Virus record (IMG/VR): IMGVR_UViG_3300047272_000137
Coordinates: 1-34,231 of that record
DNA from: a virus
Lineage: Duplodnaviria > Caudoviricetes
Strand: one strand, 5' to 3'
DNA length: 34,231 bases
Below are positions 22,527-33,025 of this stretch, in pieces. The translations under genes were made by a program, and so were the position numbers. The first letter of the stretch is position 1. Each line of letters begins with the position of its first letter. Below the pieces are notes generated by a model. The model had not been told where the DNA came from and did no database searches. It saw nothing but the letters and a program-made list of their open reading frames with translations.

Positions 22527-24296
22527 ATGGCATTATCAATGGAACAAGTAGCAGCACGCGTTGAGGCGCTGCGCTACCGTAACCACGAACGCGATGCTCG
22601 TAACCTTAGCGTACTTGCAGTCCGTAAGGGCGAAATTGCATCAGTATACCCTGAGTTCTTCCCAGAAGGTGTCGATGCCAACGTAGTTGCTAACTTTATC
22701 GACGTGGTAGCACGTGACCTCTCAGAGGTTATGGCTCCACTTCCAGCAATTAACTGCTCTGCTGCTAACTCTGTTAGCGATAAGGCACGTAATTTTGCTG
22801 ACAAGCGTACCCGTATTGCAGCCAATTACTTCTCTAACTCTGACCTAGCAGTACAGATGTACTCAGGCGCAGACTGGTACCTAACCTATGGTTTCGTTCC
22901 TTTCATGATTGAATTGGACGAAGAAAGCAAGTTGCCGCGTATCCGCGTAGAAAATCCAATCGGGGCTTACCCAGAATTCGACCGCTACGGACGCTGTGTG
23001 GCATTTGCAAAGCGATATATGATGACTCTTGGAGAACTGGTCGCACAGTTCCCAGAGTACGAGACTCAAATCCTGGGTCGTGACGGATATCAGCAGGACC
23101 TTCATGCTAAGGTCGAGATGGTTCGTTACTACGACAAGGACCAGTCTGTAATCTACCTTCCTAAGAAGGGCAATCTAGTTTTATCTCGCGCATTGAACCC
23201 AATGGGCAAGATGATGGTTGTCGTGGCGCGTAAGCCGTCTATTGACGGTGAGATGCGTGGACAATTCGACGACGTATTAGGTATTCAACTTCTCCGCAAC
23301 CGTTTCGCCTTATTGGCAATGGAAGCAGCGGAAAAGAGCGTGCAAGCACCAATCGTATTACCACAAGACGTACAAGAACTCCAGTTGGGTGGCGATGCGG
23401 TTATCCGTACCGCCAACCCAGCGGGCGTTCGTCGTGTCGAATTAAACATTCCACAGGGCGCATTCACGGAAGCACAACTCCTTAACCAGGAACTTCGCTC
23501 AGGTACTCGTTATCCAGAAGGACGTTCTGGTAACATTGATGCAAGCATCGTTACTGGTCAAGGTGTACAGGCGCTTATGGGTGCATTTGATACACAGGTT
23601 AAGTCAGCACAGGCAATCTTTGCTTCTGCTCTACGTGATGTTGTATCTCTCTGCTTTGAAGCAGATGAGAAAATCTTCCCAGAAGAGAAGACAATTCGCG
23701 GTGTAGACTCTGGTTCACCATACGAAATCACATATAAGCCATCTAAGGACATCAAGGGTGACTACTCTGCAGATGTTCGTTATGGTATGCTTGCTGGTCT
23801 TAACCCAGCACAGGGACTTATCTTTATGCTCCAGGCTCTTGGCGGAGGACTTATCTCTAAGGATATGGCGATGCGTGAACTTCCGTTCACTGTAAACGTC
23901 ACTCAAGAACTTGAGAAGATTGAAATTGAAAACATGCGCTCATCCCTACTCAGTGGTATTACTGCAATGGCTCAGGCTATTCCAGCGATGGCTACATCAG
24001 GTGGGAATCCAGAAGATATCGTAACTAAGATTGCAGGAGTAATTGCTGCTCGCCGTAAGGGTCAATCCCTTGAAGAGGCTATTGCAGCAGTATTCGCTCC
24101 ACAGCAACCAGTTCCTCCTGCTGGGGCTGCAACTTCTCCTGTTGAGCAGCCGTCCCCTGTTCCAGGCGCGGCTCCAGTAGGAGGCTCTCCAATGGAAGCA
24201 GGATTAACTCCTACACCTCCACCAGATATTCAAACAATTCTATCCACACTTAGTGGTAGCGGTAAAGCAACGGGACGAGTTACAACTAGGGGATAA
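22527..24296 (+). CDS. Portal protein
   Basis: About 590 aa helical protein right after the terminase, with a Pro-rich C-terminal tail; ATG 22527 has an AGGA RBS. Confidence 0.8.
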   Translation: MALSMEQVAARVEALRYRNHERDARNLSVLAVRKGEIASVYPEFFPEGVDANVVANFIDVVARDLSEVMAPLPAINCSAANSVSDKARNFADKRTRIAANYFSNSDLAVQMYSGADWYLTYGFVPFMIELDEESKLPRIRVENPIGAYPEFDRYGRCVAFAKRYMMTLGELVAQFPEYETQILGRDGYQQDLHAKVEMVRYYDKDQSVIYLPKKGNLVLSRALNPMGKMMVVVARKPSIDGEMRGQFDDVLGIQLLRNRFALLAMEAAEKSVQAPIVLPQDVQELQLGGDAVIRTANPAGVRRVELNIPQGAFTEAQLLNQELRSGTRYPEGRSGNIDASIVTGQGVQALMGAFDTQVKSAQAIFASALRDVVSLCFEADEKIFPEEKTIRGVDSGSPYEITYKPSKDIKGDYSADVRYGMLAGLNPAQGLIFMLQALGGGLISKDMAMRELPFTVNVTQELEKIEIENMRSSLLSGITAMAQAIPAMATSGGNPEDIVTKIAGVIAARRKGQSLEEAIAAVFAPQQPVPPAGAATSPVEQPSPVPGAAPVGGSPMEAGLTPTPPPDIQTILSTLSGSGKATGRVTTRG

Positions 24297-24298
24297 AA

Positions 24299-24865
24299 AT
24301 GACAACGCTAGTAGCGATACAAGGTGACGGTTGGTCGGTATTAGGATGCGATTCAAGGCTCAGCGATGACCATGGTCGTTTTCAAGTTGCAAAAACACCT
24401 AAGATTGTAGATAACAACGGAGTACTTATTGCAGGATGCGGTTCATCCCGTGCAAGCAATATCCTCCACTATGGCTATGTTCAACCTAAGCCTACACTTA
24501 AAGAAGATTTAAATACCTATATGACTACAAAGTTCATACCGCTAATGCGCAAGAACTTTATGGATGCTGGTATTGACATGAAAGAGGACGGCGATGTCGC
24601 GCAAATCGACGGTGGATTTATCGTCTCAGTCAAAGGGCAAGTCTTTTCAGTTTCTGAGGACTATTCTTGGGATACCGATATTCGTAATGTATACGTTATG
24701 GGTAGTGGTGGAGATGTTGCCCTCGGTGCATTGGCAGCGCTGGGTGTGGAAAAAGTAAAGACTATTAACCAGGCAGATAACATAATTCGTAAGGCAATTG
24801 CTATCGCAATCCAATACGATAACATGTGCTCAGAACCAATTCATATATTTAGACAATTCGCATAG
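24299..24865 (+). CDS. Proteasome beta-subunit/HslV-like Ntn threonine protease
   Basis: M-T-T start (Thr1 nucleophile), DSR, PKI, AGCG and GSGG..ALGAL motifs. Confidence 0.8.
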   Translation: MTTLVAIQGDGWSVLGCDSRLSDDHGRFQVAKTPKIVDNNGVLIAGCGSSRASNILHYGYVQPKPTLKEDLNTYMTTKFIPLMRKNFMDAGIDMKEDGDVAQIDGGFIVSVKGQVFSVSEDYSWDTDIRNVYVMGSGGDVALGALAALGVEKVKTINQADNIIRKAIAIAIQYDNMCSEPIHIFRQFA

Positions 24866-24873
24866 GAGTAAAC

Positions 24874-25359
24874 ATGGGTGGAAAAGGAAGCGGTGGCGCT
24901 AACGGCGGCTCACAGTACAATCCAGCAAATGTTTCAGGTACTGGCGGAGCAGGACAGAGCGGTGACTATACTGGCTTTGCATATGGACAGAATCAGCAAC
25001 TTAATCAATCTCGCGTTCAGGGTAATGAAGCAGTTGCCTCAGCAAAGGCGGCAGGCGTGACAACCTCACAGAATCCTTACGAAGGCGTTAGCATGCCTCA
25101 ACTTGGTACATTTATGGACCCAACTACTAACCCAGCAGAACCAATTAGCGCTGGCGTAGACTTCGGTCGTGGTCCTGGTTCAGATGCTCTACCAAGTGGG
25201 TTTGCTAAGAATACTCGTTTAGAAGAGAATGCAGAGATTATCCGTACATATCTTCCTGACTTGGCATTTGCTGCTCAGTCAAAGAATGCACCAGATTCAT
25301 TTAAGCGCTTCGTCAGTTACCTTATTGACAACAGCAAGAGGTTGAATGCAGATGGATGA
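24874..25359 (+). CDS. Hypothetical virion protein, Gly-rich N-terminus
   Basis: AGGAG RBS; PTTNPAEPISAGVDFGRGPG motif; located in the head module. Confidence 0.55.
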   Translation: MGGKGSGGANGGSQYNPANVSGTGGAGQSGDYTGFAYGQNQQLNQSRVQGNEAVASAKAAGVTTSQNPYEGVSMPQLGTFMDPTTNPAEPISAGVDFGRGPGSDALPSGFAKNTRLEENAEIIRTYLPDLAFAAQSKNAPDSFKRFVSYLIDNSKRLNADG

Positions 25360-25561
25360 CGTAGCATGGATGCCTGGAAGTCTTTTTGATAATATCGATA
25401 AGTTTGCTAATTCGCTTGGATATCAGAATGCAGGCATTGTCATGGAACTTGCGATGATGTCATGGCCTTCTACAGAAGAAAGAGATGCCTTTATTGTAGG
25501 TATCACTGGTCAGGACCCACAAGGTGGGACTGAGAAAAACTATATTAAACAAAAATTTTAG
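25346..25561 (+). CDS. Hypothetical protein
   Basis: 71 aa ORF filling the gap in the late operon; start uncertain. Confidence 0.5.
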   Translation: MQMDDVAWMPGSLFDNIDKFANSLGYQNAGIVMELAMMSWPSTEERDAFIVGITGQDPQGGTEKNYIKQKF

Positions 25562-25570
25562 GGGGTAAGA

Positions 25571-28500
25571 ATGTCTGCGTTTAACTCATTTTTATCTACC
25601 CTTGGTGCCGTCGGTAAAAAACTTACAGGTGGCGGGTCTTACCTCAACGAGGATGAGCAAAAAAGAGAAGAAGCATTCACCTCAAGCGTACGCGGCGCTC
25701 TTGATGATGTAAATAAGAAACTAGAATCTAACGCTCCAGGACGTATTGCAAAGGCTGCTGCTAAGGCAACTGGCGATATCCTCCTCAAGGGTGCAGTTCA
25801 GTTTAACGAGAAGATTTATTCTCCACTTATCTCTCGTCCAATCTCAACACTTGGACTACTTACTGACGTTACATCTCCCCTCTACCAAAAGGGTGAGTTC
25901 GAAGAGGGCTTCCAGTTCTCTGATATCAAGGCAGCGTATAATCGCAGCCAGAAGGTGTCTGCTATGCAGGCACTTACAAAGTCATCTTTGATTCCACTTA
26001 TCAACCCAGTATCACAACTTGTTCTATCAACAGGCAAGATTGACCTAGATACTGTCAACTTGTGGAACGACGAAAGCATCAAGAAGAACTTTGTTGACAA
26101 TGCAGTTGGCCGCTGGTACACTGGTATTGGTGACTTCCTTGTAGGAAACAAGGGTATCGGCGTTGCTGGTAAGGTTGCTGGCGTTGGCGTAAAGGCTGCT
26201 GGCAAGTCTACAGGTCTATATACCAAGGGTAAGAGCGTTGAGGCTTTTGCAGCGGATATGGAAAACGGCATCCTCTATGCTAGCACTAATGGTGCGCAGG
26301 GAGCACAGACAGTAGCAGGAAGCCACGCGCTCTTGCTTGCTGGTACTAAGGACTGGAGTGTCATTGAAGACCTCGTCACTAAGTATAGCACCAACGAAAG
26401 ATTAATTCCAATCATCCGTGAGACATCGGATGCAAATGTTGTCAAGGATATTCTACTTGCAGATAAGGGCGATATCGCTGCACTAGAACGTTTGGCTGCA
26501 ACATCAAGCGATAAACTCTTTGATATTGCTGATGTCAAGTCACAGATTCGCAATAAGGCTATCCAAGACGGATTAGTTCCTATGCCAACAGGCAACGCTT
26601 CTGTGCGCTTGAAGAAAGCATTTGATGATGCTATCAACAGCGACCCACAGTTTACAAAGATTAGAGACGCGTTCTTTAGTGCAGATGGTGGACTACTTTA
26701 CGGCGCTAAGCAGTACATGCCAGTTGAGCCTACTATTGGTGCATCTGCATTTATTAAGGGACAGAACGTTATTCGTGGCGCGAAGTCTGCAATCCGCAGC
26801 CGTGAGTACGAAAAGATTTCAGGATTCCTAGAGACAACAATCGGCACTACTGCTGGTGGTCTAGTCATGAAGGGCGTACGCCTTGCTGGTCGTGCAACAG
26901 AAGCACTTCCTGCTGGCTTCGTATCTCTATCAGGTATGCGCCCAATGCAGGCACGTGTAGAACTTAATGGCTTCCTCAACAACATGAAGATGTTTAGAGA
27001 TGGTGCTGCTAAGGTTGAAGTGCAGCCTGGAGTATACGAAAAGGTTTCAACTGTTCGTGCTCGTCTAGAAGACGAATACATGAGCACACTAGGTCAGAGC
27101 CCAATGGCACAGGTTGAGGCTCTCAAGTCAATCGATGCTAAGGTTGGCCGTATGCTTGCATATAAGGCTAAGATTTATGATGAGAAGCAGATTGATGCAT
27201 ACGTAGCACGTTTCCAGATGAACGTTAGCAAGGGAATGCAGTCTGTTAAAGAAAACGGATTCGGCATTGGCTACGACGGAAACGTCACACTTGTTCAGCC
27301 ACAGACTCTACGTCAGTTTGCAGAATCATACCGCTTTACACCATGGGATGACATTGAGACTCAACTAGATATCGAAGCAGCAAAAGGCTTTGATAAACTA
27401 AAACAGCGTGGCAACCGTGCTACAAGAGACGTATTTGGCGAACTCAACAAGGTTTGGACATTCGACGTTCTTGCTCGTCCTTCATACGCATTCAAGCAGT
27501 CATTATTTGAACCAATCATCAGCGTTGGCTTAGCCCAGGGTATTGGTTTTGTAAGAGACGAAATCCTTGCTCAGGGAATAAAGCGAGGAACTAGAAACTT
27601 CTACAACTGGTCAAATGATTGGGTTCGTAAGAACGTTATCAACAAGTCTGAGTATAAGGCTGTTGCTAGCAACGTAGCAGACAGGTCTGAAATGCTACAG
27701 CAGGCTATTGCCGCTAAGAACTATGCAGAAGCATCTGTTAACGATTTGCTCAAGAATGCATCTCCTGCTGCAAAGACACAGCACCTTTCTGCTGCTAGAA
27801 AAGAACTCAAGGCTATCGAAGAGATTGTCGATGGCATTGAACTAGACCTACGCGATGCAATGGTTCCTTACGGACTCACAGAGTCTATTCCAAGCATGGC
27901 TACACTAGAGCGCAGAATTGCATACCTAGAGGCTAACCCTGGTATTACCAAGAAGACTGCAGAAGTTAAGCAGGCTAAGGCTGCACTTGCTAACTACAAA
28001 AACATTGTAGGCAAGATGGCAACCAACAAGAAGGTAATCATGGAAGCCGATGATGCTGTCCAGAAGGCATACTCTAAGATTGACTCTGCTGTTAGAGAAC
28101 TTGGCGAAGCCCGAATGAAGCAGGCTGACGTATTTGGTAAGAGCGCAAAGTTCAAAGAGCGCTACTACTCCAAGGAAAAGCACACCATTATTATCAATGG
28201 TACACAGCACCACATCGACTCCTTTATCCAGGAACAGACAGATGGTAGCCCAAGCAACTTTACCTCAGCGGTACGTGCAGAAACACAGAACGCTAGAACA
28301 CAGCAGATTAACTTCTTAGGTGAAATGTCTGTCGCAAGCGGTGTTGCTGCAATCAAGCGCAAGATTCCTATGTCAAAGATTGGCATTGGCGACCAGAATT
28401 ACTTCGAAGAGTTGGCAGATATTGCTAACCGTCAGTACCGTGGTGAGCCTCTCATGGACCTCATCTTTGCTGAAACTCCAGTAGAAGAGATTCTAAAGTG

Positions 28501-30631
28501 GGGCGCTTCCCCTGCGGGCAAGACATACCTAAAGGCATTTGGTATTGTTGACGAGAAGAACGTAACTTCCTACCTCACTGAGAAGGTTGAACTTGTCAAG
28601 CGTATGTACCCATCTTACGAGGCTCGCGCAGCAATCCTCAAGGGTGAAGTGACATCTCAGCAACTTGAGAAGTTCCTTGCGCCTTACGCAGATGAACTAT
28701 ACGACATTATTCCGTCTAACCATAATTACGAGGCTCTCACATTTGGTGTAAGCGGTGTTGCAGCAGCAACTCAGGGCTACAACAAGATGATGACCAAGGT
28801 AATGACTAAACTTGCAAGCGTTGAAAATCCTGTACGTGCTGCTCTATTCGAGAAGTTGGCAACTGAAAAGGTTGCACAGCGAGCGCAGTATCTTATGGAC
28901 CAGGGTATCGAAATGACGACTACCCAGTACAACGCTCTACGTCAAGGTGCTGGCCGTGAAGCGCTAGAAGAGATGGAAAAGACTCTTTACACGATTAATA
29001 ACCCTAATCGTTTCATCAACTCACTGCGCGGAATTATTGCGTTCCCTGGTGCAAACGCTAACGCATTCTTGCGTTATGGCCGTCTTGCAGCAAAGAACCC
29101 AGTTCGTGCGGCGAACCTAGTATCTAACTATGGACGTACATATACAACATTTGGTGTAGATGAGTACGGTAATCCAACCAATGACATTAACAAGATTAGT
29201 CACTTGGTTGTACCTGGAACTAAAGAATTGGGCCTTGGCTCAAGAGAAGAAGGAATTAAACTTAGTGCTCAGTCACTAGGCTTCCTACTTAACCGTCCAG
29301 GACCATCATTTATTACTGGTATCTCAATAGGCCAAGCAATGCAGAAGTTCCATAAGTCAGAGGCAGAAGTCGAAGACTTGATGACATTTGGCGGAACTAA
29401 CTGGTACAAGGTTATCTTCCCTTACGGTCCACCTACATCAGTAAGAGATGCATATACTCCACCTTGGCTCAAGAATGCAGTCAACGGCTTCTCCTATTCA
29501 GGCTGGCAACGTGAGTTTGCTGCTAAGATATTTGGTGAGAGCGGACAGCGCGACTACCTAAGTTCATGGAAGTCTGTTTACAACTACAACGCAATGTTGG
29601 TTGAAATGGGAATCCAAAAGGAAATGCCTTCTGATGCTGAAATTGAGAAGCAGGTAAAGGGTCTATTCCGTGCCAAGTTCTTCTCTGTATTCGCCTCACC
29701 GTACGCAGGTATTCCTTACAAGGTAGATACTACGCCTATGGCGCTTACTTCAAACTTGTACTACAAGTTGATAGAAAAGTACGGCCCTAATGGACAAGGC
29801 ATGTCTACCCAGGATGCACGCGATGCTGCTGGCGAAGAGATGCTTACCATACTCGGACCTAACTTTATGCTCGATAGAGTAACCTTTACAGGTTCATCAA
29901 AGAACATCAATATGCCTGCTACAAGCGAAGCATATGCACGTGTCTTTGAAGATAACAACGAGTTGCTACAGCGCCTCGTTAATATCGAGCCAGGTGAGAT
30001 TGGTCTGGTTGGCCTGCTTACTGCTGACCTAGACTATGACCCAGCCAAGCAGTCAAACAACATTCTTACGCTCCTTGCTAATCCAAATGCAACACTTCCA
30101 GGAACAAGCAAGAAACTTAACGAACTCAAGATGACCCCACAGGAAATCGAAACTGAGCGCATTAAGCAGCGTACATGGAATGCATATATGGCTACCAAGG
30201 CTGCTCTAGAGGCTAAGATTACTGATGGTAAGACACTACGTGCTCACCCAGAACTCAAGGCGGTACTAGACAATCTTGCTGCAACTACATTCAAGGAACA
30301 AAGCCAAGCATGGTACGACCAGTACCAACTCGCTCAAAGCGGTGACACATCTTACAAGTACGCACGCGCACTTACAGAGATTACCAGCGACAAGAAGTTC
30401 ATGGCCAAGAATGGCAACAGCCAATTCTGGCTAGATGCTCAGGAGTTCCTCAATGCTCGCGCAATGTTTGCTGCAGCATACCAGCAACTTCCAGACTATG
30501 ACCCACGTAAGGCTATGCTTAGAGAAGCATACAACATGTGGACAGAGCAGAATGCTGGTCAATGGGATGGTAACTTGAAGACAATTATTACACGATACTT
30601 TGACAATGACTCACTAAAGGCGGCTAACTAA
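25571..30631 (+). CDS. Large internal virion/DNA ejection protein (1686 aa)
   Basis: Very long, Ala-rich helical ORF in the structural operon; no tape-measure repeats or polymerase motifs recognised. Confidence 0.55.
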   Translation: MSAFNSFLSTLGAVGKKLTGGGSYLNEDEQKREEAFTSSVRGALDDVNKKLESNAPGRIAKAAAKATGDILLKGAVQFNEKIYSPLISRPISTLGLLTDVTSPLYQKGEFEEGFQFSDIKAAYNRSQKVSAMQALTKSSLIPLINPVSQLVLSTGKIDLDTVNLWNDESIKKNFVDNAVGRWYTGIGDFLVGNKGIGVAGKVAGVGVKAAGKSTGLYTKGKSVEAFAADMENGILYASTNGAQGAQTVAGSHALLLAGTKDWSVIEDLVTKYSTNERLIPIIRETSDANVVKDILLADKGDIAALERLAATSSDKLFDIADVKSQIRNKAIQDGLVPMPTGNASVRLKKAFDDAINSDPQFTKIRDAFFSADGGLLYGAKQYMPVEPTIGASAFIKGQNVIRGAKSAIRSREYEKISGFLETTIGTTAGGLVMKGVRLAGRATEALPAGFVSLSGMRPMQARVELNGFLNNMKMFRDGAAKVEVQPGVYEKVSTVRARLEDEYMSTLGQSPMAQVEALKSIDAKVGRMLAYKAKIYDEKQIDAYVARFQMNVSKGMQSVKENGFGIGYDGNVTLVQPQTLRQFAESYRFTPWDDIETQLDIEAAKGFDKLKQRGNRATRDVFGELNKVWTFDVLARPSYAFKQSLFEPIISVGLAQGIGFVRDEILAQGIKRGTRNFYNWSNDWVRKNVINKSEYKAVASNVADRSEMLQQAIAAKNYAEASVNDLLKNASPAAKTQHLSAARKELKAIEEIVDGIELDLRDAMVPYGLTESIPSMATLERRIAYLEANPGITKKTAEVKQAKAALANYKNIVGKMATNKKVIMEADDAVQKAYSKIDSAVRELGEARMKQADVFGKSAKFKERYYSKEKHTIIINGTQHHIDSFIQEQTDGSPSNFTSAVRAETQNARTQQINFLGEMSVASGVAAIKRKIPMSKIGIGDQNYFEELADIANRQYRGEPLMDLIFAETPVEEILKWGASPAGKTYLKAFGIVDEKNVTSYLTEKVELVKRMYPSYEARAAILKGEVTSQQLEKFLAPYADELYDIIPSNHNYEALTFGVSGVAAATQGYNKMMTKVMTKLASVENPVRAALFEKLATEKVAQRAQYLMDQGIEMTTTQYNALRQGAGREALEEMEKTLYTINNPNRFINSLRGIIAFPGANANAFLRYGRLAAKNPVRAANLVSNYGRTYTTFGVDEYGNPTNDINKISHLVVPGTKELGLGSREEGIKLSAQSLGFLLNRPGPSFITGISIGQAMQKFHKSEAEVEDLMTFGGTNWYKVIFPYGPPTSVRDAYTPPWLKNAVNGFSYSGWQREFAAKIFGESGQRDYLSSWKSVYNYNAMLVEMGIQKEMPSDAEIEKQVKGLFRAKFFSVFASPYAGIPYKVDTTPMALTSNLYYKLIEKYGPNGQGMSTQDARDAAGEEMLTILGPNFMLDRVTFTGSSKNINMPATSEAYARVFEDNNELLQRLVNIEPGEIGLVGLLTADLDYDPAKQSNNILTLLANPNATLPGTSKKLNELKMTPQEIETERIKQRTWNAYMATKAALEAKITDGKTLRAHPELKAVLDNLAATTFKEQSQAWYDQYQLAQSGDTSYKYARALTEITSDKKFMAKNGNSQFWLDAQEFLNARAMFAAAYQQLPDYDPRKAMLREAYNMWTEQNAGQWDGNLKTIITRYFDNDSLKAAN

Positions 30632-31554
30632 TGGCAGAAAAAACCAATACACCATTGGCGGACCAGCAAGCCGTTTCTCCTGACGTAAAGGCAATTATTG
30701 ATGCTGTCGTTGCAAGCAACGGTGGTAGCAGCAATGCTCGCTCAGGCACAGAAGTATCTACCAAGAAGACCAAGTTAACTCCTGCATCAGCGCTCCAGAT
30801 TATGACTCTAGCAGCAGAAGATGCTGGCTATACAGTCAAGTTTACAAAAGAAGACGTAGCCCAGTTCATCAAGGAGTTTGACTCTGAACAGGCTAAGCAG
30901 GTTGAGAAGGTTGTAACATCTACTTCTCAGAAGACAACTCCTGGTGGCATAACACCAGAGGCTGTCGACAAGACAATGTCTTCTGTTGCACAGACAGAGT
31001 TCCCATCTTTCTTCAAGCCTGGCGAGTTTGCACTTGACTGGATTTGGAAGAAGGTCAACTTCAAGGACGAGAAGGCTCTCGGCGCTAAGTCACTTACAGC
31101 ACTTGCTGAGGTACGTGGAGCAGTTGATGCCTTCCAGGTCTTAGGCTACACAGATAGCGATATTCGTAATGCTGCAAAGCAGATTGCCATGGGCAAGAAA
31201 ACTATTGCTGATGTCAAGGTAGAACTACAGCAGATTGCTAAGAAGGAATACCCACAGTTTGCTGACCGCTTCGCAACTGACCCAGAACTTACAACCTACG
31301 ACATCGCTTCTCCTGTTATCAAGTTGATTGCAAAGACATGGGAAGTAGATGACAAAGACGTTTCAATTGATGACCCAATTGTATCATCTTACTTGAACTA
31401 TGCTGGACCAGATGGCAAGGGACAGCCACCTTCACGCACTGATTTAATTCGCATGGCAAAGAAGCATAGCAAGTACGAGGAAACAACAGAAGCAAACGAC
31501 AATGCACGTGATGCTGCAGTAGGGCTCGCAAGAGCCTTTGGATTTGGAGTATAA
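30631..31554 (+). CDS. Putative internal virion protein
   Basis: TAATG-coupled; helical; ends ARAFGFGV. Confidence 0.5.
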   Translation: MAEKTNTPLADQQAVSPDVKAIIDAVVASNGGSSNARSGTEVSTKKTKLTPASALQIMTLAAEDAGYTVKFTKEDVAQFIKEFDSEQAKQVEKVVTSTSQKTTPGGITPEAVDKTMSSVAQTEFPSFFKPGEFALDWIWKKVNFKDEKALGAKSLTALAEVRGAVDAFQVLGYTDSDIRNAAKQIAMGKKTIADVKVELQQIAKKEYPQFADRFATDPELTTYDIASPVIKLIAKTWEVDDKDVSIDDPIVSSYLNYAGPDGKGQPPSRTDLIRMAKKHSKYEETTEANDNARDAAVGLARAFGFGV

Positions 31555-32906
31555 TGGCTATAGCAGACTCAGCGTATGGCGACAAGATTGCACAGACAAA
31601 GGCTGCACCTAAGAAAGCGGCTTCTTCGAAACTTGTAACACCTACGGTAACAATTGGTGGAGCACCTGCTGGTTACTCTCCATTGACTCCCACAGTGACT
31701 ATTGGTGGAGCACCTGCTGGATATTCAACCTCAGCGCCTAACTATATTACTGGTGCAAACGTACCTAATTACATTACTGGTGCAAACGTTCCAGAGACTA
31801 AGACTCCAACTGTTACTAAGAATCCTCCAGCACCAGAAGACGGTACTCCGCCACCTCCTAAGACAACAGGATATAGTACTGGCTTAAATGGTGAGTTACT
31901 ACTTGATGGTAAGCCGTTCAGCGGCAAGTTCAATGGACTAACCTACATCAATGGTTGGAATCAGGACATTTACGATGAGAACGGTAACAGGCGTTCAAAG
32001 ATTGTTCCAGGCTCAACTGGTAAAGAATTTGGTTCAGACAGAACTCTAGCAAAAGATACTTTTAAGAATACTCTTGCACTCTTCTTTGGAGCACAGGAAA
32101 TCTCTAAGGGTTGGGCTGATGGCCTATACGGTGTGGTAGCAGGGTTCTACAACTCTGGTTCAACAATCGATGAAGCACTTAACCTGTCTCTACAGGAAGT
32201 ACGCACCAACCCGTCACTCAAGGCGTTTACAGACCGTTTCAAGGGCATCTACGCACTTCAAGACCGTCTTGCTAAGGGTGAGGCAATTGAGGTTCCAACT
32301 ATTGCAGAGTACTTCAAATCAGAGTCAGCAATGGGTGATGTACTGCGTGAAGCAGGCATGGGCGACCTTGCTACCCAGGACTTCCTCGGTGGAGTTCTAG
32401 GATTAGGCAAGTCAGTGCTTGAAGTGACCAACCTAATCAACGATACATTCAATGCTATCGACAACGCTCCTGCAGCACTCAAGAAAGACCTAGATGCATA
32501 TCTCCAACTTGGCGTAAGCCGTACAGATATTGCCAAGGCTTTGCTTACTGGCAAGGAAGGCGCACAGGCGCTTAACAAGAAGATTTCTGAAATCAGCACA
32601 TTATCTGCAGCCAAGTCACAAGGTGTCACAATCGACATGGTTACAGCAGCAGGTATCTCTGCACGCGGATATGACTACAACAAGTCACTTGCTGGCTTTG
32701 CAGATGTCAAGCGCCTAGAGCGTGGACAGATGCTAGGCAAGATGAGTGGCATTGGATTCACTCAGGCTGATGCAATTGCTGCTCAGTTTGAAAGCAGTGT
32801 AGAGGCGCAAGACAAGATTGCTAAAATCGGAGAAGAAGAAGTAAACCGATTTGGTGCAAGAAGCGGTCGACTCGCCTCACAAAGCAGAGCCCAAGGCCAA
32901 ATATAA
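31554..32906 (+). CDS. Putative internal virion protein with N-terminal peptide repeats
   Basis: TAATG-coupled; TPTVTIGGAPAGYS x2 and PNYITGANV x2, followed by a helical domain. Confidence 0.5.
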   Translation: MAIADSAYGDKIAQTKAAPKKAASSKLVTPTVTIGGAPAGYSPLTPTVTIGGAPAGYSTSAPNYITGANVPNYITGANVPETKTPTVTKNPPAPEDGTPPPPKTTGYSTGLNGELLLDGKPFSGKFNGLTYINGWNQDIYDENGNRRSKIVPGSTGKEFGSDRTLAKDTFKNTLALFFGAQEISKGWADGLYGVVAGFYNSGSTIDEALNLSLQEVRTNPSLKAFTDRFKGIYALQDRLAKGEAIEVPTIAEYFKSESAMGDVLREAGMGDLATQDFLGGVLGLGKSVLEVTNLINDTFNAIDNAPAALKKDLDAYLQLGVSRTDIAKALLTGKEGAQALNKKISEISTLSAAKSQGVTIDMVTAAGISARGYDYNKSLAGFADVKRLERGQMLGKMSGIGFTQADAIAAQFESSVEAQDKIAKIGEEEVNRFGARSGRLASQSRAQGQI

Positions 32907-33025
32907 ATAGAATCCTGAACGGACCCATCGGCCCCGTCAGCGTAATAGACCGATAGTAAGAGCCAGCCTAGTTCCCCGACTAGCCACTGAGGCTTACGAC
33001 TACAACGAATAGAAGGGTGGTTGCT

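Noticed and set aside
25571-30631. Virion RNA polymerase or tape-measure protein
   Set aside because: No recognisable polymerase catalytic motifs or tape-measure repeats; the early arm has ordinary SigA-type promoters. A structure search is needed to exclude this fully.
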